A stretch of 64,000 bases of DNA from positions 62,538 through 126,537 of the forward strand of contig JBPOJC010000013.1 in NCBI GenBank assembly GCA_052034135.1, read 5' to 3'. Position numbers and translations under genes: made by a program. This DNA comes from Caldisericota bacterium (lineage in GTDB: Bacteria; Caldisericota; Caldisericia; UBA6126; JAGPKI01). The notes below the pieces were generated by a model. That model made no database searches. It was not told where the DNA came from and was given only the letters and a program-made list of their open reading frames with translations. The stretch's first letter is position 1, and every line of letters starts with the position of its first letter. Positions 52,089 through 59,773 of this stretch are shown one piece after another.

Positions 52089-52511
52089 TTATTGCTTATG
52101 TTTTTCAATTTCTTCTTTTTGCCACTCTATTGCAGCTTCACCTTTATAAAGATTACCAATTTCTTCTTCTAAATTTGAAACTTCAATTTTAAAAAGCCAC
52201 CCTTTTCCGTATGGATCTTGATTTGGAAAAGTCGGATCATCACTAATGTCTGGATTTACTTCTTTTATAGTTCCAGATAGAGGTGCGTAAATTTTACCGA
52301 CCCATTTACCGGTTTCGACTGTTCCAACAACATCGTCTGCACCTACTTCATCGCCTTCTACGGGCAATTCGATATATGAAATTTCACCTGCAAGTTTTTG
52401 ATAGAAATCTGTAACTCCTACTGTAGCAATGTTACCTTCAAGCTTTACCCACATATGCTCTTTATGATAATAAAGATCATCTGGTAGAAGATACCCTAAA
52501 ACATCACTCAT
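52089..52511 (-). CDS. gcvH: Glycine-cleavage-H-like lipoyl-carrier protein. It is the first gene of the Hdr/Frd operon.
   Basis: The GcvH fold motifs are H.W.K.EG, VG.TDFAQ-like GVTDFYQ, and the lipoyl-Lys box VETGK...IYAPLSGTI, which aligns to VESVKAASDLYAPVSG. Confidence 0.8.
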   Translation of the reverse strand: MSDVLGYLLPDDLYYHKEHMWVKLEGNIATVGVTDFYQKLAGEISYIELPVEGDEVGADDVVGTVETGKWVGKIYAPLSGTIKEVNPDISDDPTFPNQDPYGKGWLFKIEVSNLEEEIGNLYKGEAAIEWQKEEIEKHKQ

Positions 52512-52823
52512 TATTTACCCCCTATTTAAAACAAAATTCCTAAATATTATAAATAGCAAATTTTATCAAATGTTCAATAAAGCAATTCAAACAAAGTATA
52601 GAAATTCAGTATATAAATAGTTTTTGATCTACATTTTGATTATTAATTGTTTATTGATTTATTTATATTTTCAACTTTAGAAGAAAGGTAAAGTATTTTT
52701 TTAACTAATTTTTAATAATAATTTATCTTTTTCCCCAATTAGAATTTGTACTTTGAAATTTTTGATTAGAGAAAGGAAAATTTTTCTTTAAAAAATCTTT
52801 TAAAATTTTTCATTTTTTACTTG

Positions 52824-52837
52824 TTTTTTTTTTTTTT
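52824..52837. repeat. T14 homopolymer tract in the divergent intergenic region between gcvH (-) and the modification cluster (+).
   Basis: This is a direct reading of 14 consecutive T residues. Confidence 0.9.
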
Positions 52838-53018
52838 GATTTACACTACTTCTCGGTAGCTTTTCTTAAATTAGGGATGGAGACTCCGATGAGGAGATTA
52901 AATTATATTACAATCAATAATGAAAACAAAGGAGATGGTGATTCCTATGGGCTAATTTTCTTTTAAAAATTTCATATAAAGCTTGTTTAAAGGTACTCAA
53001 AGAAAGGAGGAGATAAAA

Positions 53019-53789
53019 GTGAGCAATTTTTTCAAATTTAAGATGCCGAAAAGAAAAAGAAGTAATTTAATAATATTAAGTGGTAGAAAAAGTTTAGAGG
53101 CAGTTTGTTGTGGTAAATTCTGCAATCCTGTTGTTTCTATTTTATCATTGCCTGAAGAACATCCAGAAAAATGGGTTGTCATTGATATTGCTAATAAGTT
53201 AAATGATGCAAGAGTAGAATTATGTGAAACTGCAAAAAATGGAAATAGTGTTTGGAAGGCAACAACTGAAGCAGAAGTAAATCAAGCTGCAGCTCAAGTC
53301 AACAGTCATCTAACTAATTTTATTAACAATTTAAATGATGCAAATTCACTTATTAATAATTGGCATCAAGTTGCAGAAGCTAATAATTTGTTCAACACAA
53401 ATGATACAAATTTAAATGCTGCTGATTTAAATGAAGTAAAACAAAGTATGATAGATAATAATTTACCTATGGATCTTTTAAGTGGTTGCTGGGACAAAAC
53501 TGTTCAAATCTTAAATGAAGGAAATGGTACAGAAGTATTTCTTAACTTAGAACAAAATCTAATAAGTACCATTCACACACTTGCAAGTAATTTACAACAG
53601 CAATTTAATATTTTGATTGAGACTGAAATAAAATTTAGGCGTGATCAAATTACTCTCACAGATGTATGGAATACAAGATTTGGTATTATGAAAAGTTTTG
53701 ATTCCATATGGGCAAATCTTTCAGCATTTGATGGCTTTATGAAAGTTACTGAAGAGATGCAACGTATAGCAGCAGGATATGGAGGATGA
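53019..53789 (+). CDS. Hypothetical Asn/Gln-rich protein with an N-terminal CCGKFCNP Cys motif, ending in ...AAGYGG. It is a possible substrate/precursor of the downstream enzymes.
   Basis: The RBS AAAGGAGG is at 53004..53010 with an in-frame GTG at 53019. Alternative in-frame starts are ATG 52983 or ATG 53043. No family is recognised. Confidence 0.5.
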   Translation: MSNFFKFKMPKRKRSNLIILSGRKSLEAVCCGKFCNPVVSILSLPEEHPEKWVVIDIANKLNDARVELCETAKNGNSVWKATTEAEVNQAAAQVNSHLTNFINNLNDANSLINNWHQVAEANNLFNTNDTNLNAADLNEVKQSMIDNNLPMDLLSGCWDKTVQILNEGNGTEVFLNLEQNLISTIHTLASNLQQQFNILIETEIKFRRDQITLTDVWNTRFGIMKSFDSIWANLSAFDGFMKVTEEMQRIAAGYGG

Positions 53790-53855
53790 TAGCTAAATAT
53801 ATGAAAGGGAGGGTTTCTTATTATTTCTGTTTATAAGAATAGAAAGAAACTTTAA

Positions 53856-54554
53856 ATGCAGAGTAAAACTTCTCATTTTTATTTCTTTTATAATAAAGAC
53901 ACGTTAGCAGCCACTGAAATTAATATAATAGAGAAGAAAGAAGAAGAAGCTTTTGAATCCGTAAGTAACTTTCTGGCTATAGGATTCAACAAAAAGATTA
54001 GATTTAATCTTTTTTCATCTCCGATAGAAATTCTAAGAAGAACTGGGTTTCTATCTAATGGAATTGCTTACCCGGTAAGAAGAACAATTTATGCTGTTTA
54101 TTCAATAAAAGTTAAAGCTTTAGGAAAACATGAAATCACCCACATCTTAGCTTATAAAATCGGAAACCCTCCCTTGTTTTTACAAGAAGGTATTGCTGTG
54201 AGTTTAGACAAAAACTGGTTGAACAAGCCTTTATTTTCATATTTCGACAAAACTTTATGGACATATAAAAAACTAAGAATTGAACAGATATTTAAAGAAT
54301 TTAATTCTTTATTCCTAAATCCAAATAGAATAAAAGAGACTTCTAAAGATTTACTTTATCCTGTCTCTGGGTTATTTGTAGAATTCCTTATAAATGAGTT
54401 CGGAATTGAAAAGTTTAAGGATTTGTATCGCATTCTTTCTTTTAATGCTACTGCTGATGACTTTAAAGAAAATATTTGTAAAGTATATAATACCGATTTA
54501 AATGAAATAGAATTGAACTGGCTTGAAAACATGTCGCGAAGCAATGTTATTTGA
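53856..54554 (+). CDS. Putative zinc-dependent peptidase-like protein with an HEXXH motif.
   Basis: HEITH is followed ~20 aa later by FLQEG, which is a gluzincin-like HEXXH...E arrangement. It is 232 aa, and no specific family is assigned. Confidence 0.4.
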   Translation: MQSKTSHFYFFYNKDTLAATEINIIEKKEEEAFESVSNFLAIGFNKKIRFNLFSSPIEILRRTGFLSNGIAYPVRRTIYAVYSIKVKALGKHEITHILAYKIGNPPLFLQEGIAVSLDKNWLNKPLFSYFDKTLWTYKKLRIEQIFKEFNSLFLNPNRIKETSKDLLYPVSGLFVEFLINEFGIEKFKDLYRILSFNATADDFKENICKVYNTDLNEIELNWLENMSRSNVI

Positions 54555-54605
54555 TACTTAAGAAATTAACTATAGAAGGTAACTATAGAAGGTGGCAGTA
54601 ATAGG

Positions 54606-55844
54606 ATGGAAAAATTGTCTTCATTAAATAAACTTCTCAAAGTGGCAAAGAAAACAGATTTTTATAGATATTTGATTAATGAAATTCCTTCTTGTGATAA
54701 CAGCACAGAAATACTTGAAACCTTAGGTTTCTATACCACTAAAAGTGATTACAATTTGCATCTAAAACAGAGATTTGCTGATAATAATTTACAGTGGTTA
54801 GCAGTATCGACAGGCGGAACTACTGATATTCCGTCTATTGCTTTCATAACCGAAAAAGAAATAAAAATGGCAGCAGAATCCTTTGAAAATCTTTATTACA
54901 CTATTTTTAAAAAAAGCTTTAGGAAGAAAAAGGTTCTTTTAACAATTTCTTCTAACATAACTTTTCAATTAATTTCTACACTTTTAAAACTAAATGCAAA
55001 TGTTGCTTACTTGCCGCTTGAATTTGCTATTAATAATTATGCTCTTGTATTAAGCATAATAAATTTGCTTGGAATAGAAATATGGATTACATTGCCAATT
55101 CTTCCGTTTGAAATTGCTAAACAAATAGATCATTCCGAATACCAAAGAATGGATAGTATTTTATTATTAGCTGATTTAACGACTAATCGAATTAGAAATT
55201 TAATTAAAGAAAAATTTAGATGTGATATTGTAGCACAAGTATATGGAAGTGCAGAGCACTGCCTTATCGCAATGTCAGATGACAATGGTATATTCCACCC
55301 CTCAGATAACTCTATTTTAGAATTTTTAAAATTAGGTAAAAATATTGATTATTATGAATTAATACTAACAAATTTAACGAATTATAGTACTCCAATTATT
55401 AGATATAAAACTTCTGATGTTGTTAGAAGGATGCACGCCTTTAACGATGACCTTTTTTATACTTTTGAGATAGAGGGTAGGCTTGAAGAATGTTTCATTT
55501 CCTCTGATAACATAATCACACCACATCATATTTTATCCGTTGTTGATAGACTATTAACAAGTTTTTCGGTGATTTCATTAGTTATTGAAGGTAACATTGA
55601 TGAAATACAAGTCAAAGTAATTGTAAACACTAATAGTAGTAATATTAATTTTGATAGTCTCCATAAAAGATGTACAAGTTTATTCAAGAAAATTTTCGGT
55701 GAATATTCTAATGTTTTAGTAGATTTAGTTCCTACTAACTCGAGTAAAGGTAAAGAGGTTTTAAAAAGATTTAAACCACGCTATCTCTGGATAAAGCCAA
55801 AGAACATTAATAGATTTTGCATTAAACCTCCTGATGAAATTTAA
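54606..55844 (+). CDS. PaaK-like adenylate-forming enzyme (phenylacetate-CoA ligase / CapK / CoF390-synthetase family).
   Basis: It is colinear with the PaaK motifs. STGGTTDIPS matches SSGTTGKPT, YGSAE matches YGLSE, and ELILTNLTNYSTPIIRYKTSDV matches ELVFTSLTKEAMPVIRYRTRDL. An RBS AAGGTGG lies upstream. Confidence 0.75.
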   Translation: MEKLSSLNKLLKVAKKTDFYRYLINEIPSCDNSTEILETLGFYTTKSDYNLHLKQRFADNNLQWLAVSTGGTTDIPSIAFITEKEIKMAAESFENLYYTIFKKSFRKKKVLLTISSNITFQLISTLLKLNANVAYLPLEFAINNYALVLSIINLLGIEIWITLPILPFEIAKQIDHSEYQRMDSILLLADLTTNRIRNLIKEKFRCDIVAQVYGSAEHCLIAMSDDNGIFHPSDNSILEFLKLGKNIDYYELILTNLTNYSTPIIRYKTSDVVRRMHAFNDDLFYTFEIEGRLEECFISSDNIITPHHILSVVDRLLTSFSVISLVIEGNIDEIQVKVIVNTNSSNINFDSLHKRCTSLFKKIFGEYSNVLVDLVPTNSSKGKEVLKRFKPRYLWIKPKNINRFCIKPPDEI

Positions 55845-55853
55845 AGAAAAAAT

Positions 55854-56654
55854 ATGAAAGTAGGAATAATCCAAGGACCTTTTAAGCTTTCTTCAGCAAG
55901 AGAAAATTGGTGTACATTTGAAAATAATGTAGATTCTTTAGTACAACAAAAAGTCAATATGATTTGTATATGTGAAGAATTTTTGGGTAAACTCTCTTTT
56001 GTTATGGAGAAATGCTTAAAATTAGCGAAAACTTATAACATCTTTATAACTCCAGGCGTTTTAATTGAAAATTCTAAAGATTCGCTAAAGCCATATATCA
56101 TTTCAATTGTTATTGATCCAGAAGGCAGAATTTTAGTTAAACATAGAAAAGTATTTATGCCTCCACAAGATTCAGAATATTTCAATGCTGGGAATAGTTT
56201 TGATGACTGTATATTTGATTTTTTAGGAATAAGAAGTGCGATCTTAATTTGCGGAGACATAATTTCACCAATAGCACTTAGATATTTAAAGCAGAGATAC
56301 AACATTGAATTAGTAATACTTCTATTACGATTACCAGAAGATGAAAATTTTTTCATTCCACTCGTTAAAATACGTGCTGCTGAAAACAATGTGGCTATTC
56401 TTATAGTGAATGTATATGAAAAGAGTTTTCATGTCAAAATTGCTAGCCGATTGATCCTTCCAATAGAAAATGATATAGAAATATGTGAAAAAGATGGAAT
56501 AGGAACAATTTCAATTGATGTTGTTTCATTATCAGAAAGTTTACAATTAACTAAAGAAAATTTTCTTAGAAGTAAACAAAATTCTATAATAAAAGATATG
56601 ATATATAATGCTTTTGAGAATGAAAAACGTCTATTTAGCATTGTAAAAAAATGA
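55854..56654 (+). CDS. Nitrilase-superfamily carbon-nitrogen hydrolase.
   Basis: It has the C-N hydrolase E-K-C architecture. A Glu is near the N-terminus (CEEF), the RK..L box is KHRKVFMP, and the catalytic Cys context is AILICGD. Confidence 0.65.
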   Translation: MKVGIIQGPFKLSSARENWCTFENNVDSLVQQKVNMICICEEFLGKLSFVMEKCLKLAKTYNIFITPGVLIENSKDSLKPYIISIVIDPEGRILVKHRKVFMPPQDSEYFNAGNSFDDCIFDFLGIRSAILICGDIISPIALRYLKQRYNIELVILLLRLPEDENFFIPLVKIRAAENNVAILIVNVYEKSFHVKIASRLILPIENDIEICEKDGIGTISIDVVSLSESLQLTKENFLRSKQNSIIKDMIYNAFENEKRLFSIVKK

Positions 56655-57982
56655 ATTACGTTCTTTCTATGTATTCAATAATCAGCAAATTAGGTCTCAA
56701 AGACTCAATTGCAGTTTATAATGTATTTACTAAAGCACTTATCTTAGGGGGTAACATTTATAAAAGGGTTTTAAAACAGAATAACTTCATAAATACCCTG
56801 AAATACCCATTTTTAAAAGTAGAAGAAATAAAAAAATTGAATAATTTGGGAGTTATAGTTGACTCAAGTTTAGATGAAAAAAAGGTTACAAAAGAAAAAA
56901 TTCTAGAAGTCATTAAAGATTCAAGTAAGATTAACCTAACTTTGCTTTTAACACTTGACTGTAATATGGATTGTTCATATTGTTATGAAAAAGAAAATCG
57001 TAACAAAGCTTATATGGACTTATCAACTTGTAATAAAATTTTACAATACTTTGTTTATTTGCTTGATTACTCATCGTCTAAGAAAATATCAGTTACAATT
57101 TACGGAGGAGAGCCTCTGTTAAACATAGATGCAATAAAATATTTATTACCAAGAATAAAGCAATCTGCTATAAAGAAAAAAATAATTCTCAATGTAGATC
57201 TTATAACTAATGGAATCTTATTATCTTTAAATCTTCTTAATCAACTTAAACAATATGGATTGAATAGTGTGCAAATTACTTTAGATGGATGCGAAGAAGT
57301 CAACGACTCACGACGATATTTTAAGAACGGTAAAGGAACATTTAATAAAATATTTTCGAATCTTATAGAAACTGCAGACTGTTTACCTACAACACTTAGA
57401 ATTAATCTTGACAGTAATAATGTTGATAAGATTACGCGATTTTTAGACATTTTAAGGAAATTTGAACTTCACAGAAAAATAATTCTTCGTCCTGCATTTG
57501 TTTTTTCGCCCAAATATTCATGTAATAATCTTATAGAAAATACAAATAACTTGCTATTCTTTTGGAAGAAAGCATCAGAAAGAAATTTTATCATTCCTTT
57601 TGATCTATTTTCCCTACTTCCTGTTTGCTCAATCTACAAAAATTATGACTTAGTAATAGGACCCTTAGGAGAGATTTACAAATGTATTGGGTTTGCTGGT
57701 AATAAGAAGTTTATTATTGGTCATATAGATGAATTTAAACATCAAGTAGAAAATTATCCATTTAAACCTCAAAGTTTGATAATAAGAGATAAGTGTGTAA
57801 GCTGTAAGTATTGGCCATTGTGTCTGTCAGGATGTAGAATGTTAGCTTACATAAAATTTGGTTCTTTAGAATCTATCTATTGTCAAAAGGAATTTTTTGA
57901 TGCAATTTTTGAACATCTATTACCACTTTATATCTCTCAAAATTATGATGTAAATTTACAGAATTTTGCTTCTTCGAGCTAA
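56651..57982 (+). CDS. Radical SAM maturase with a C-terminal SPASM domain and a ~100-aa N-terminal extension that may be an RRE-like substrate-binding domain.
   Basis: A CX3CX2C motif (CNMDCSYC) follows a ~100-aa leader. GGEPLL is present, and the C-terminal SPASM motif is CVSCKYWPLCLSGC. It overlaps the hydrolase stop (ATGA). Confidence 0.8.
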   Translation: MNYVLSMYSIISKLGLKDSIAVYNVFTKALILGGNIYKRVLKQNNFINTLKYPFLKVEEIKKLNNLGVIVDSSLDEKKVTKEKILEVIKDSSKINLTLLLTLDCNMDCSYCYEKENRNKAYMDLSTCNKILQYFVYLLDYSSSKKISVTIYGGEPLLNIDAIKYLLPRIKQSAIKKKIILNVDLITNGILLSLNLLNQLKQYGLNSVQITLDGCEEVNDSRRYFKNGKGTFNKIFSNLIETADCLPTTLRINLDSNNVDKITRFLDILRKFELHRKIILRPAFVFSPKYSCNNLIENTNNLLFFWKKASERNFIIPFDLFSLLPVCSIYKNYDLVIGPLGEIYKCIGFAGNKKFIIGHIDEFKHQVENYPFKPQSLIIRDKCVSCKYWPLCLSGCRMLAYIKFGSLESIYCQKEFFDAIFEHLLPLYISQNYDVNLQNFASSS

Positions 57983-58011
57983 GAAGAAATAAATAAAAAT
58001 ATAAGGAGGAT

Positions 58012-58764
58012 GTGATGAATATGGAAGTATTGAATTTTTGGAATATTTTGCTTTTGATGGTTGCTTTTGGAATAGTTTTATGGGTATTAGCTAATTGGTT
58101 TAAGAAATGGGCTAATGTAGAAATAGGCAAGGAACCTAAAACAGGTGTGTATGAAATCTTTGATTGTTTAATCGCTGTTGGAGTTTGGTTTGCTGGAATG
58201 AAGTTATTACCAAAATTTGTAAAAAATTATGATATATTTACTCTTTTGTATCTTTTAATGACAGTTGTTATTATTGCAATTTTTACATTAGCAAGAAGAA
58301 GAAATTTCTCAGACATTGGTTTATCCAAAAAAAATATTAGAAAAATGTTAATCTTTACTATAATTATGTTTGGAGTAACTTTTGCTTATAATCTTTGTGC
58401 ATTGTATTTTAAAATTAGCCCTTATCCTATAAAAATAGAAATTATGTCATTAAAAACTGCATTAATTATTATTGGAATGGGCATTATTAATCCAGGGTTG
58501 ATTGAAGAACTCCTTTTTAGAGGTTTTGTTTTATCAAAGTTAGAGAGATTCTTGAACTGGAAATGGGCATTATTAATTTCTGCAGTTCTTTTTGGAATTA
58601 TTCATGTTGGACAGGGAATCTTTCCTATTATGGGCAGCATCTATTTAGGACTACTATTTGGTTATGTTTTCCATTGTGTTAGAAACATTATACCATTGGT
58701 AATTGGGCATGGTGTAGGGCTAACAACTGCTATTGTCGTTGCTAATTTGTTGAGAATTTTATAA
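58012..58764 (+). CDS. CPBP-family intramembrane metalloprotease (CAAX protease / Abi, bacteriocin-immunity-like).
   Basis: It has multiple TM segments. Motif 1 is EELLFRGF, motif 2 is FGIIH, and motif 3 is HCVRN (HxxxN). Confidence 0.8.
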   Translation: MMNMEVLNFWNILLLMVAFGIVLWVLANWFKKWANVEIGKEPKTGVYEIFDCLIAVGVWFAGMKLLPKFVKNYDIFTLLYLLMTVVIIAIFTLARRRNFSDIGLSKKNIRKMLIFTIIMFGVTFAYNLCALYFKISPYPIKIEIMSLKTALIIIGMGIINPGLIEELLFRGFVLSKLERFLNWKWALLISAVLFGIIHVGQGIFPIMGSIYLGLLFGYVFHCVRNIIPLVIGHGVGLTTAIVVANLLRIL

Positions 58765-58990
58765 AGTTTGAGGAAATAGGGTTTAATTTTTGTTTTTGGA
58801 ATTGGTATTTATCTTTCTCTGCTTTACTTTTATTCGAAAAGTATCTGGTCACCTTTTATATCTCATCTAATCATTAATTGTGTGAGCGGTTCGTGGGGTA
58901 AATCATTCCATCCAGAAAGACAGCGTTAGACTACGCGAATTATTTGCAGATTAAATGTTCTCCCATAAGGAAACAAGCATAATCATAATT

Positions 58991-59773
58991 TTAATAGTGT
59001 CCTAATAAACCTCTATCTTTGGCAATTTTCTCACAAAGCTTAAAAATATAAAAACCTAAGAAGAAGTAAAAAAGTGCTGTAATTATAAGGATAAAAATAT
59101 CATTAAAAGGCATATTAAAGATTGAGATTCCTTTGGTCATATTATCCCTGATTAGTTTTGTACCTAAAGAAAGTGGTAGAAATTTAAAAGCAAATATTTT
59201 ATCAACTGGTGCAGCAATAAAGCCAACAAATATGAATTGAAGTATTTGAAAGAGAGACTGGATTCTTTTGTAAATAAGCCCTAATCCGCCCATAATAAAT
59301 CCTATGCCATAAGCACCTGCAAGCGAAAGAACAAGAAGAGGAACAATTGTCAAAAGATCAAGGTGTAAAAATTTACCTGTTGTAATCATCATAAGGAAGA
59401 GAAATGGAACAGTCCAAAAAATATTCAGTATTAAATCTGATATAACAATAAATATAGAAATAGTACCAAAGCCGAATGGAGACATATAAAGCTGTTCTAA
59501 AGTACCAGTCTGTGCTTCTTCCATTAATCCCCATGATAATGTGCTATATCCACTTATTGCGTAAGTCCAAACAAAGAATCCTACAATAATACCCTCAATA
59601 GTATTTGAAAAAGTTGCAGATTGACTACCAATCATATACTTCGACCCAAAAAATATTGCTAAAAAGATTAAATAAATAGTTATTATTGAAGAGAAAAAAT
59701 TTAAAGGATATCTTAAAATTAGTTTAAGTCTTTTTATAAAAATCGTACTAAAAAGATTCCATTGATTTTTCAT
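58991..59773 (-). CDS. ABC-2 type transporter permease.
   Basis: It has six predicted TM helices and is 260 aa. Its start overlaps the ATPase gene stop. Confidence 0.7.
   Translation of the reverse strand: MKNQWNLFSTIFIKRLKLILRYPLNFFSSIITIYLIFLAIFFGSKYMIGSQSATFSNTIEGIIVGFFVWTYAISGYSTLSWGLMEEAQTGTLEQLYMSPFGFGTISIFIVISDLILNIFWTVPFLFLMMITTGKFLHLDLLTIVPLLVLSLAGAYGIGFIMGGLGLIYKRIQSLFQILQFIFVGFIAAPVDKIFAFKFLPLSLGTKLIRDNMTKGISIFNMPFNDIFILIITALFYFFLGFYIFKLCEKIAKDRGLLGHY

Noticed and set aside
52889-52951. 20-codon ORF MRRLNYITINNENKGDGDSYG just upstream of the cluster, considered as a RiPP precursor peptide.
   Set aside because: It has no Cys, Ser or Thr-rich core, no convincing RBS (GGGATGGAG is adjacent but atypical) and no leader-like features. 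It is retained only as a remote possibility.
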